Shown here: in pieces, positions 1 through 10,200 of the stretch | Position numbering within the stretch: position 1 is the first letter of the stretch | Layout of the letters: the number at the start of each line of letters is the position of its first letter | Source of the DNA: Planctomycetota bacterium | GTDB taxonomy: Bacteria > Planctomycetota > UBA8108 > SXIK01 | DNA length: 64,000 bases | Direction: 5' to 3' | Assembly: GCA_965223265.1 (NCBI GenBank) | Contig: OZ244999.1 | Location: 3,616,001-3,680,000 of the forward strand | Notes under the pieces: model-generated | The model's database searches: none | What the model saw: the letters and a program-made list of their open reading frames with translations, nothing else | What the model was told of the DNA's origin: nothing | Made by a program: the position numbers and the translations under genes

Positions 1-327
1 CTCGCCCGCTGTGGGGCGCTCACGTTTCCCCGGCGGCATGAACGGCTTCTTCTCGCGCTTGACGAGCTGAATCAAAAGGCTCTCTTTGGCCTTTCCAGCT
101 GCGACCGCAGCTCCACTTTCGCCTCCCTGCGCGAGGGTACTGTACGAGGTCAAGTCGAGATCGCCACGCGCTTTCTCACCGTTGTGACAGCCGGTGCAGT
201 GCTTGCGAAGAATCGGTGCGACGTCCTTGGCGAAATCGGGAACCGCTTCGCCGCGCACGGTAACACACAACGCCAGCAGCATGACGAACGCAAAAGGGAG
301 ACTCTCGATGAAAGGGTTACGGTGCAC
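1..327 (-). CDS. Partial (runs off window start) secreted planctomycete cytochrome c domain protein
   Basis: Not in the ORF track; translated by hand from GTG at 327: MHRNPFIESLPFAFVMLLALCVTVRGEAVPDFAKDVAPILRKHCTGCHNGEKARGDLDLTSY...FMPPGK. Signal peptide, F-x-x-DV-x-PIL-x-x-x-CxxCH and a distal MPP motif match the PSCyt1 pattern. Confidence 0.85.
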   Translation of the reverse strand, partial: MHRNPFIESLPFAFVMLLALCVTVRGEAVPDFAKDVAPILRKHCTGCHNGEKARGDLDLTSYSTLAQGGESGAAVAAGKAKESLLIQLVKREKKPFMPPGKRERPTAGE

Positions 328-389
328 ACGCGACGCTGCTCGATGTGCGGGAGATGGCGTTGAGTGTTGGGCGTTCACGCTTCGTTCCG

Positions 390-2909
390 TCAATGGTTGA
401 AGAGGAATTCCTTCGTGCTCACGAGGCTCCAATAGATGTCCTCGAGCGTTGCTCGCCGCTCACCCGGCGACACGCCACCCAGGACCTTGAGCAGTCCTTC
501 TGCCTCAGCGGCACGGGGAAAGCGGCTCAATGTACGCAGAAACGCATCTTCGACGATTTCCTTGTCGCTAACGCCCGACTCGAGAACCTTGGAGAGGTAG
601 TTCTCTGTCGCTCCGAGCTTGTCATTGAGCGTCGATCCGTTCGTGATATGGAGGACTTGCGACACACTGGGCTCAGCCGTGCGCTCACACTCGCACGTTT
701 GCTCGCGTGCAGGCCGACCGAAGCTCTGTAGGAAATACGAAGCCACGTTCGAGTCGGGGAGCTGCATAGCGCGCCATCCCGAAGCGTAGCCGGCAAAAGG
801 CGTCGGCACACCGGTGACTTGAGAGAAGGCATCGAGGAGGACCTCTGCACGAAGCCGTCGCGGGTAGTACCGCGAGTAAAACCGTTCGTCGTCGCTGTTC
901 CGCGCAGTTGCTCGACTCGAGCGCTGATAGGTGTTCGACTGAAGAATCAGACGCATGAGCGCCTTCAAGTCAAAGTCTTGCTCCACAAGATATCCGGCAA
1001 GTTCGTCCAGCAGTCTCGGATTGCTCGGTGGGTTGGTGACACGAAGATCGTCGACCGCCTCGACGATGCCAACGCCCATGAAGTTGGCCCAAACACGGTT
1101 GGTGACGGCACGGCTGAAGTATGGGTTGGACGCATCGACCATCCAGTCAGCGAGCGTCAACCTACGGTCAGCGGTTGCCTTGAACGAAACGGGAATCCCG
1201 TCGAGCGGACGTGGTGGCTGCGCTCGACCCGTCAGCGGCTGGATCAACTCACCCTCGGTAGAGCTGAAAACGATCCTCTCTCCGTTTTTGGTGCCGCTCT
1301 TCGTGCGGACGCGGGCGAAGAGGTTCGCCATGCCGTAGTACTGATCGTTCGTCCACTTTTCGAGCGGATGGTTGTGACACTTCGCGCAGCCGATCGAAAG
1401 CCCCATAAAGGCTTGCGAGCTGGTCTCAGCCATGTCGCGCGGATCTTGGTGAAGGACATAGAAATTCGCGCCACCGTTTTCGAGCGTACTTCCCGAGGAA
1501 ACAAGGAGAGAATGAACCATCTCATCCCAGGGAGTGTTGGCTTCAACGTGGTTGCGGATCCACTTGTAGAATGACCACATCCCCTCGGTACGTAGCTTCC
1601 GACTGGTGACCAAGAGCAGATCTGACCACTTGTAGGTCCAGTAGTCTATGAACTCCGGGCGGGCAAGAAGCTCGTCAATGAGCGCGTCACGTTTCTCCTG
1701 CGAAGCGATTTCGGAGGTCAGAAATCGGCGCGCCTCGTCCGCGGTCGGCAGCACACCGATCGTGTCGACGAACGCGCGTCGGAGAAACTCCTCGTCGGAG
1801 GACCGCGCCGACGGCGGCACGCGGAGCGAGCTCAGTTTCTCGAGCACCAACGCATCGATCAGATTGCGCTGCGGCGATGCCGTGATCTCCTCGGACGAAA
1901 CATCGTGTTCGTAGGGTACGGTCACTGTCGCGATCGCAATGCGGCTCGAATACCAGACAGTGATGGCGCACTCGCCGTGACCGCGCACGACGACATGCCC
2001 ATGCTCGTCGGCCTCGGCTACTGCTGTCGATGTTGCCGTGTACTTAGCCCAACGCGTCACATCCTCAACGCGGCCGGTGCTGTAGTGTGCCAAGACAACG
2101 AGTGGCTGCTCTGCGCCGGGCTGCAGCGTGACGCCGCGCGGCAGCACTTCGATCCGCACGATGCTCGGGTCGTTGGCAGCAGGCCCCGGCGTGCCAGCGG
2201 CGATCCATCCAGAGAGCACCCGATACTCCTTCGACCCTTCCTCGATCTTCTGTCCACCTTTGTGAGGCAGCGCGGTGGTCGGTTTCAGGAGGAGCAAACT
2301 TCGCCCCGGATCCGATGGCTCGATACGTCGGCCTTGCGCCTGCCTGGTGATTTGGTCGAAGTCGCCTGCCGGGAAGTGGCCGCGAAGCGACAACTTGAAG
2401 CCTTTCTGACCGGCGGCTGCACCGTGACACGCCCCGGAATTGCAATCTGCTTTTGACAGCACTGGTAGTACGTGGTGGCGAAAGCTCCATTCAAAGGGAC
2501 GATCGAATCCCGTCACGCGTGCCGGCACCGACGCAGTTGACCCGCCGACCTTGACGCTGATGGTAGCCTCCCCATCACCCGTAGCGACTGCGACGTCGCC
2601 ATCGATGCGGACCACCTGGGCATTGCTGCTCGACCATTCGGCACGATCGTGCAGAGACTCTTCGAGTCCGCCATCGTGTACGCTCTGAACGAGAAGGCGC
2701 TGCGTCCCCTCACGGCCGAAAAGGAGGACCTCCTCCGGCAGGACTGCAACGGTCGACGTCCCCGCGTTCACCGCGTTGACCGAACGTCCTAGCAGGCTCG
2801 TTGGCAAGATCAAAGCGATGAGTGACAAAATCAGTACGCCGCGGCAAGTCGACGACGAGGGGCAAGTGTTCATATCGGTGTGAGGATTGAAGGTCTTCAT
2901 CTGGGTCAA
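390..2909 (-). CDS. DUF1549/DUF1553 domain protein with N-terminal Ig-like (Big_2) domains
   Basis: Signal peptide; CNSGACHG..GFKLSL, EFLRRAFVDTIGVLPT, CAKCHNHP, NRVWANFMGVGIVE.VDD, FGRP.R...CECER and C-terminal EFLFNH motifs. Confidence 0.92.
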   Translation of the reverse strand: MTQMKTFNPHTDMNTCPSSSTCRGVLILSLIALILPTSLLGRSVNAVNAGTSTVAVLPEEVLLFGREGTQRLLVQSVHDGGLEESLHDRAEWSSSNAQVVRIDGDVAVATGDGEATISVKVGGSTASVPARVTGFDRPFEWSFRHHVLPVLSKADCNSGACHGAAAGQKGFKLSLRGHFPAGDFDQITRQAQGRRIEPSDPGRSLLLLKPTTALPHKGGQKIEEGSKEYRVLSGWIAAGTPGPAANDPSIVRIEVLPRGVTLQPGAEQPLVVLAHYSTGRVEDVTRWAKYTATSTAVAEADEHGHVVVRGHGECAITVWYSSRIAIATVTVPYEHDVSSEEITASPQRNLIDALVLEKLSSLRVPPSARSSDEEFLRRAFVDTIGVLPTADEARRFLTSEIASQEKRDALIDELLARPEFIDYWTYKWSDLLLVTSRKLRTEGMWSFYKWIRNHVEANTPWDEMVHSLLVSSGSTLENGGANFYVLHQDPRDMAETSSQAFMGLSIGCAKCHNHPLEKWTNDQYYGMANLFARVRTKSGTKNGERIVFSSTEGELIQPLTGRAQPPRPLDGIPVSFKATADRRLTLADWMVDASNPYFSRAVTNRVWANFMGVGIVEAVDDLRVTNPPSNPRLLDELAGYLVEQDFDLKALMRLILQSNTYQRSSRATARNSDDERFYSRYYPRRLRAEVLLDAFSQVTGVPTPFAGYASGWRAMQLPDSNVASYFLQSFGRPAREQTCECERTAEPSVSQVLHITNGSTLNDKLGATENYLSKVLESGVSDKEIVEDAFLRTLSRFPRAAEAEGLLKVLGGVSPGERRATLEDIYWSLVSTKEFLFNH

Positions 2910-3079
2910 CGGGCTGTCAAACGACGCGTGATGTCAGAGGAGCGAAACGGGGAAAAAATCGCGCTACCAAGCGGGCAACCGAAACTGTACGCAAAACGAC
3001 CGCCGCTCAGCCGGCTGAGCAGCAGCCAGTCGTCGTCGCAGCGCGCCGGAACCATGAAGGACCGACGCCAAGGCAACGA

Positions 3080-4456
3080 CTAGAACAGCTCCTTAATCTC
3101 CTCGTGGCCATAGTCGACCAGCGGAAACGGTCGTGACTGCGGCCCCGGAAGAGTCGTTTCAAGATCGAGCCCGAGGCTGCGGTACACCGTCGCGACGACC
3201 TCAGGTGGGCCGACCGGGCGCTCGGCCGGGTAAGCGCCGATCTCGTCGCTGCGTCCGACAACGCGGCCGCCTTGGACGCCGCCACCGGCGAAGTACATCG
3301 TCCAGCACTGCGGCCAGTGGTCACGTCCGCCCGCTGGGTTGACCTTCGGCGTGCGGCCGAATTCCGCCAGGTTGCAGACGAGAGTCTTGTCGAGCAGGCC
3401 GCGATCAACGAGGTCTTCGAGCAAGGCGCCGTAGCCTTTGTCGTACGCCGGCGCGACAATCCGCTTCATGCCTTCGATCGAGGTGAATGGTCGCGAACCG
3501 TGAATGTCCCAAGTGATTTCGTTGAACACTGTGATGAACGTGTTGATCGTGACGAACCTCACCCCAGCCTCGATAAGACGACGCGCAAGAAGGCAGCACT
3601 GACCGAAGCGCGAATGGCCATACTTTTCACGCACCTTCGGCGGTTCTTGACTGAGGTCGAACGCGGCGCGCGCCTTCGCACTCGTCATGAGGCGAAACGC
3701 TGCCTCAAAGTTCGTGTCCATCAGCTTCGCGTTCTCGCTCGCCTCGAAGCTTTTGACGGTGTCGTCAACGATGCTTCGAAGTTGACGTCGGCGCGCCAAG
3801 CGCGCATCGCCGATCTTCTCGGGCGGCAAAAGATCTGGCACCTTGAAGTTCGGTGACGACGGATCGGCGTTGAGGACGAAGGGGTCGTATGCTTTGCCGA
3901 GAAACCCACCGTCCTGTCCATGCGGCATGCCGCCGCCGGTTGGCCCCATGGGCTCGGGCAAAAGAACATGCGCCGGCAAGTCGGTCTTGCGGCCACGCAG
4001 ATAGGCTAACGCACATCCGGCATGCGGCGAGTTGATCCCGCCGGTAAAAAGCCGCCCGGTTTGCATCATCTGATGGCCGGTATCGTGAACCGCTGCCGCG
4101 GAGTGATAGCAAGAGCGCACGAGTGAGAATTTGTCGGCGTGCTTGGCGTGCTCTGGAAAGATCTCCGAGATCTGAATGTCGGGATTGTTCGTCTTGATCG
4201 GCTTGAATGGCCCACGCACCTCTCTTGGGGCATCAGGCTTCATGTCCCAAGTGTCCATCTGACTCGGCGCCCCGAGGTTGAAAATCATGATGACGGACCG
4301 GTCGTCATGACCGGAGTCGACGGCGCCTTGAGCCCGGAGGGCTTCCATTTGAGCCAGAGAGAATCCGAGCGCCCCGAGGGTGCCCACCTGCAGAAAGTCG
4401 CGACGGGTCAAGCCGTCGCAGGTCCGCGTATAGCCAGCGCCGCTAACGTCTAACAT
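3080..4456 (-). CDS. DUF1501 domain protein
   Basis: N-terminal CDGLTRRDFL, GAPSQMDTWDMKP, LLARRLIEAGVRFV, WDIH and EFGRTP...GRDHW motifs. Confidence 0.93.
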   Translation of the reverse strand: MLDVSGAGYTRTCDGLTRRDFLQVGTLGALGFSLAQMEALRAQGAVDSGHDDRSVIMIFNLGAPSQMDTWDMKPDAPREVRGPFKPIKTNNPDIQISEIFPEHAKHADKFSLVRSCYHSAAAVHDTGHQMMQTGRLFTGGINSPHAGCALAYLRGRKTDLPAHVLLPEPMGPTGGGMPHGQDGGFLGKAYDPFVLNADPSSPNFKVPDLLPPEKIGDARLARRRQLRSIVDDTVKSFEASENAKLMDTNFEAAFRLMTSAKARAAFDLSQEPPKVREKYGHSRFGQCCLLARRLIEAGVRFVTINTFITVFNEITWDIHGSRPFTSIEGMKRIVAPAYDKGYGALLEDLVDRGLLDKTLVCNLAEFGRTPKVNPAGGRDHWPQCWTMYFAGGGVQGGRVVGRSDEIGAYPAERPVGPPEVVATVYRSLGLDLETTLPGPQSRPFPLVDYGHEEIKELF

Positions 4457-4648
4457 GATGGTTCCACGAATTTTAAGACCGCGGTTCGTTTGAACGGATC
4501 AGCACCACGAGCCTCGGTGGGCCAGCGCCCGACCGCAGGCTCTCTCCAGGCTAACAGAACGCCTGACGCTTGAAAACCTCGTCATCGCAACGAATCCGCG
4601 CGCTGAACCTGTGGCGGACAAATCGGCGCCGCTCTCTTCGCGCTGCGT

Positions 4649-5839
4649 TCAGGAAACCGCCTTGATGGCGCTGGCGAGACGGTCAATGTTCGCCTCAGTG
4701 ATACCGGCGACGTTGATGCGGCCAGAGCCGACGATATAGATTGCGTGCTCGTCGCGCAGCCTCTGAACCTGATCCTTCGTCAGACCAGAGAAGGAAAACA
4801 TGCCCTTCTGAGCCGTGATGAAAGCGTAGTCGCCAGGCACGCCGGCTGCAGCGAGGCGCTCGACGAGAAGGCTGCGCATGCCGTTGATTCGACTGCGCAT
4901 AGCGGCGAGCTCCTCTTCCCACTGCGCTCGCAATTGCGCGTCGTCGAGAACGGTCGTCACAATCGAGCCACCGTGGGCCGGCGGATTCGAGTAATTCGCT
5001 CGGATGCGCACCTTGATCTGGCTCAAGACTGATCCAGCGGCACTGCTGTCACCGGCGACGACGCTGAGGGCACCGACGCGTTCGTTGTAGAGACCAAAGT
5101 TTTTCGAAAAGCTACTCGCAACGAGAAACTCGGGAACGGTTTCGGCGATGGCGCGCAGCCCCGCCGCGTCGGCGGCGAGATCCTCGGCAAAGCCTTGATA
5201 CGCGAAGTCTACAAGCGGCGTGACACCGCGCGCCTTGAGAATCGCGGCGATTTCGTGCCACTGGTCGACGCTCGGGTCGACGCCCGTGGGGTTGTGACAG
5301 CAGCCGTGCAGCAGCACCACGTCACCCGTAGGAATCGATTCAAGTGCGCTCTTCAAACTTGCGAAGTCGAGCGCGTTGGATGCGGCATCGAAGTAGGGGT
5401 AGGTCTTCAGGTTCACCCCAGCCGCCTTAAAAACCTGCGGATGATTCGCCCACGTCGGCTCGCTGAGCCACAGCGTCGCTTGTGGATGGACGGTGTGCAG
5501 GTAGTCGCCAGCGACGCGTAGGGCACCCGTGCCGCCGGGGGTATGAGCGCTGACAGCGCGCCCCGACTCGATGACAGGATGTCCGGGCGCGAAAAGGAGG
5601 CGCAAGACGTGTGCCGCGAACTGCGGGCTGCCATCGATTGGGCGATAGCCCTTTGAACTCTCCTCGGCGAGCAGTCTCTTCTCCGCCTCTTTGACACACT
5701 CGAGGATTGGAGTGTTGCCGCTCGCATCCTTGTAAACGCCAACGCTTAGGTTGATCTTCTCGGGATTGGGGTCGCCACGAAAGGCCTCGGTGAGTCCAAG
5801 AATCGGGTCCGGAGGGGCGGACTGAACCTTCTCAAACAT
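4649..5839 (-). CDS. aspC: Aspartate/aromatic amino acid aminotransferase (class I)
   Basis: PPDPILGL, INLSVGVY, HGCCHNPTGVD, DFAYQGF and the PLP-lysine motif SFSKNFGLYNERVG. Start moved to the ATG of MFEKVQ at 5839. Confidence 0.92.
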   Translation of the reverse strand: MFEKVQSAPPDPILGLTEAFRGDPNPEKINLSVGVYKDASGNTPILECVKEAEKRLLAEESSKGYRPIDGSPQFAAHVLRLLFAPGHPVIESGRAVSAHTPGGTGALRVAGDYLHTVHPQATLWLSEPTWANHPQVFKAAGVNLKTYPYFDAASNALDFASLKSALESIPTGDVVLLHGCCHNPTGVDPSVDQWHEIAAILKARGVTPLVDFAYQGFAEDLAADAAGLRAIAETVPEFLVASSFSKNFGLYNERVGALSVVAGDSSAAGSVLSQIKVRIRANYSNPPAHGGSIVTTVLDDAQLRAQWEEELAAMRSRINGMRSLLVERLAAAGVPGDYAFITAQKGMFSFSGLTKDQVQRLRDEHAIYIVGSGRINVAGITEANIDRLASAIKAVS

Positions 5840-6071
5840 GATTGCAGTTCCGTGCGGTTCTCTCAGGGCCAAAGTTCGAAATCCAACACACTCGTCGGCT
5901 ACCACAGAGTAGGCCGCAGAGAAACTTACGGAATGCACGGAGGGAAGGGAAGCAAATTCGCCTGCCCTTTGAGAAGTCGAGAAAGGCTTGAAATCTCCCG
6001 CCGCCGCTGTCTATTTGTTGCGGACGCCCCCACAGCCGACTGCGGACTGACAACCGTCAAAGGAGAATTCC

Positions 6072-7148
6072 ATGCAAGATGCCGAGCGCGGCTTTCTGTT
6101 CGACCTCCTCAGAACGCCGAGCCCCTCCGGCTTCGAGATGGCTGGGCAACGGGCATGGGCCAAGTACGTCGGCCAGCACGCCGACCGCGTCGAGACCGAC
6201 GCGTACGGGACGACCTGGGCGACGCGCGACGCAGCGCAGCCGGATGCAGCTCCAACCGTGATGCTCGAGGCGCACGCCGACGAGATCGGCTTCATGGTCA
6301 ACTTCGTCAGTGACGAGGGGTTCATTCACGTCACCCGCATCGGTGGTTCCGACCGGGCCATAGCTCGAGGCAAACGGGTGCGTGTTCTCGGCGCAAAGGG
6401 CTCGGTGAACGGAGTGGTGGGGAATCTTGCAATCCACCTGCGGGAAGCGAAGAGCGATCGGATTCCCGAGTGGCACAAGATCTACATCGACGTGGGTGCG
6501 ACGAACCGCGAGGGCGTCGAGGAGATGGGGATTCGGGTCGGCAATCCTATCGTCTATGACGACGAGCCTCTCGAGCTTTCGAGTTCGCGGCTTATTGGGC
6601 GTGCGCTCGACAACCGGATCGGTGGATTCATCTTGGCCCAGGTCATGGCGAAACTTGCCGCAAAAGACCGCATAGCATCGACGGTGTATGCAGTCAACGC
6701 CGTACAAGAAGAGATCGGTGGTCACGGCGCCAAGATGATCGCCTACCGACTGCATCCAAGCGTCGCGGTGGTCCTCGACGTGACCCATGCGACGGACACA
6801 CCCGGCATCGAGAAGGGTAAGCACGGCGAAATCAAGCTGGGGGGAGGGCCATCGGTGACGCACGGCAGCTGCAATCACGCCAAGGTCGTCGAGCGGCTGA
6901 TTCAGGTCGCCGAAGCCGAAGAGATCCCGCTACAGCATGAGGCGGCATCGCTCTACACGGGAACCGATACCGACGACGTGTTCATAGCCCGCACGGGCGT
7001 GCCGAGCGCGCTGGTGTCACTGCCGATGCGCTACATGCACTCAACCGTCGAGATGGTCGACACCTCCGACATCGAAAACTGTGTCCGCCTCCTCGAGGCG
7101 TTCTCTCGTTCGGTGGAGAGTGCCGAGGCGTTCAATTTGAAGCTATAG
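6072..7148 (+). CDS. M42 family metallopeptidase
   Basis: PSPSGFE, AHADEIG, ALDNRIG, QEEIG, LDVTHA, GTDTD and RYMHS motifs; AGGAGA RBS. Confidence 0.9.
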   Translation: MQDAERGFLFDLLRTPSPSGFEMAGQRAWAKYVGQHADRVETDAYGTTWATRDAAQPDAAPTVMLEAHADEIGFMVNFVSDEGFIHVTRIGGSDRAIARGKRVRVLGAKGSVNGVVGNLAIHLREAKSDRIPEWHKIYIDVGATNREGVEEMGIRVGNPIVYDDEPLELSSSRLIGRALDNRIGGFILAQVMAKLAAKDRIASTVYAVNAVQEEIGGHGAKMIAYRLHPSVAVVLDVTHATDTPGIEKGKHGEIKLGGGPSVTHGSCNHAKVVERLIQVAEAEEIPLQHEAASLYTGTDTDDVFIARTGVPSALVSLPMRYMHSTVEMVDTSDIENCVRLLEAFSRSVESAEAFNLKL

Positions 7149-7243
7149 CTTCCGCCTGCGTTTCGCACGGTCCCGGCCGACGTGGCGGCTTCGCCTCATG
7201 GCCTTGTTTCCAGGCTTTGGGTCGTTTAAATGCCACGGCGTTG

Positions 7244-10200
7244 CTACCTGGAGCGCCGGCGTCGCAGATCCTTCGGCTTCAGTCCAATTCGCTCGAAGCG
7301 GCGATAGACACTACGTGTTGTCGTGTTCAGCTCTTTCGCGATCGCGTCAAGGTCGCCGCCATGCTTCTCAAGCAAGAACTCGAGATATGATTCTTCGACA
7401 CCACGCTGGACTTCGTCGTAGGAGTGGTTGACAAAAATCCCGGTGTCGATCAATCGCGGCGTGTCACCTCCTCCCAACAGCTCGCGGACTGCTGCGACAG
7501 ACGGCACATCATTCTGTTCGAGATAGAGGCGTCTCAAAACGGCGACGAGCTCGCGCACGTTTCCCGGCCACGTGTGTTCGCCGAGTGCGTCGACCGTTGC
7601 CCGCGGCAAGGCGCGCTGGCTGCCGCTAAGCTCAGCCCAAAAGTGACGCACCAGAGCGGGCAGATCACCGCTTCGTTCACGCAAGGGAGGAACGTGTACA
7701 CGCCCGACGTTCAGCCGGTAAAAGAGGTCACGGCGAAACTCGCCTCGTTCAACCAGTGCTTCGATGTCGCGATGCGTCGACGCCACGAGACGGATATCGA
7801 GTGGTTTCTTCGCGACGGCGCCGAGCGGACGCACCGCATGCTCTTCGACCACGCGTAGTAGGCTCTGCTGCAGGTCGATCGGCAGATCGCAGACCTCCTC
7901 GAGGTGAAATGTGCCACCGTCGGCGCGAAAAAGAAAGCCTGTGCGCGTCGTGTCGGCACCCGTGAAAGCGCCGCGCTGATAACCAAAGAGATCCGCCTCG
8001 AACAGCTTCGTCGGGATAGCGCTTGCGTTCTGCGACACATAGGGCGCGTTCGATCGCGGACTGAGCGTGTGCAGGATGCGAGCGAGGTGATCTTTCCCTG
8101 TACCGGATTCACCTGTTATGAGTATGGGCACGTCGGAGCGAGCAAGTTTTTCGACAAGGCGGAGCACCTTACGCGCTGCACGGCTCCGCGCCACGAACCC
8201 ATGAGCTTCGAAGTGGCGCACAAGATTCGGTGTCGTCCAGTCGTCGCTGGTCAGTGCCTGCGTCTCGCGCTGCGATGCACCGCTGCGACTGTCAGCGAGA
8301 AGCGCCGTCGGCGCATCCTTCTCCGTGCTGCGCTGCGAATGACCGAATGGAACCTCTCCCGTGATTCCCGTGCCGGCCAATCGTACCGCGTCGAACACCG
8401 CGGTAACAAACGCCCTGTCGGCGTCGGAAAGCTTGGCACCTGCAGCCGCTTCCACCTGCAGCTCGACGGACTGAGTCGTTCCCTCCTCGGCGCGCGAAAG
8501 GATTTCTGAGGCAACACCACGGCTCTTTGATGCAGGAGGCGCAGCGGCGGACCACTCGGCGCGGTTGTTCGGTGCGCTGGTCAGTAAGACGCGCGCTGCC
8601 GGAAGCGCCTGGCCGACCTCGGCGGTCACCGCCTGAAAGCGCTCAACGAGTGCAGCGGCGTCGTCGGCAAGCACCGACAGGATCTTCGTCAAGGCCTTGG
8701 TTGCGGCTGGACGCAGCGGCGCACTCGATGCAGGCTCTAGCAGCGTCAAACCGAAGCGCGCCCACAGCGTCCGTCGCCGATCCTTCGGTACACCTCGTTG
8801 CCTCTGCCATTCGTCGAGCCGGGCGAGAGAAGCCGCCGCGGCGCTTCGTTCGCCTCGAAGCTCGAGCACCGCAGTCTCGATAAGCAGAAGCTGCAATTGA
8901 CAACCAGGATCAGCGGTGAGACCGGCGTCGCCCGAAACACGTCGGAGCAGGGATCCGATCTGCTTCAGCGCCGCAGCGAGCTCGCCTGGACGCCGCAGCG
9001 CGGTGACCGCACTGAGCGCCGTCTCACGCGCCTCAAGCAGCGCCAGTCGCATACCCAAACGACGCGGTGTCAAGTCGTTGGAAACGAGCTTGTGCTGTTT
9101 CAGTCGTTCGAGATCGCGATGCACCGCCAGCCGCGCTCTCGATTTCGCCCCGCCTGATGCAACCAGTCGGAGGCGAAGATCGACACGACACAGACGAACT
9201 TCGAGTTCGCCAGCGACGATGCCGGAGTGAGAAAACGACTTTTCCGCCCGTGACAGCCACCTCTCCGCCACCTTCGAATCACCTCGCTCCAGCGCGGCGA
9301 GTGCAAGGAAATACCACGTCCAGCCGGCGTGAAACGAAGGCAACCGGCCGGCGTCTCGCTTGGCATCGTCGGCAGCTCGATGAGACACCTGCCGCTTGCC
9401 GCAGAGAGCCGCGAGCCAAGAGAGACGCGCACTGCGGAACGCGCGCAGCGGAGCGGACTCGCTACCCCGTCTGCGCGGGCGACGCAGCAACTCCTCCGCG
9501 GCCTCGTACTCGCAACCGTGAATGAGATCTTCAGCGAGATACGTGCGTGCGAAGAAGGGCAGGAAGCGATCGTCCTGCTCGTGCGACAGCTGCAGCACTT
9601 CACGCCAAAGGGAAGCTGAGTCGTGCCCGAGTAGATGGGCGTTGAGAGCCCGGCTGTAGAGACACGTCAGCTGGAGATACTTCGACTGCTTCACCGCAGC
9701 ACTCTTTTCAAGTGCGCTGAGGAGATCGATCGCCTTCTCGAACTCACCCTGCTTGGAGAGAATCTGAGCGATGTTGGCTCGGATGCTGGCCAGCGCGCCG
9801 ACGTCCTCGCGTTCGTTGGCGACGCGCTCGGCACGGCGAAAAAGCTTCAGCGCCTCGGACAGATCGCCGTTCAAGTGACGCGCAAGAGCGAGGTTGTTGA
9901 GCAAAACCGCCACGTTGCTCGAGGCGGCACCATGCTCTTCAGCGATGCGGAGTCCGGCCTCGAGATCCAACATCGCCTGTTTCAGTTCAAGGCGTCGAAT
10001 GTGGATCTGCCCGGCGGTGCTGAAGAGATCGACCGCAGCCTGGACGACCCCTCGACGCTGTTTCGGGTCGAGGGTTTCCCAGAGGCGCGACCCCGCGCGG
10101 GCGTGCTGTAGAGCCTCATCAACGCGACTGTGAAAATGATGGAGGAGGGCCAACTCGGCATGAGCCCGAAGCGATTCGTCAGGCACAGCTCGCTCGGGGT

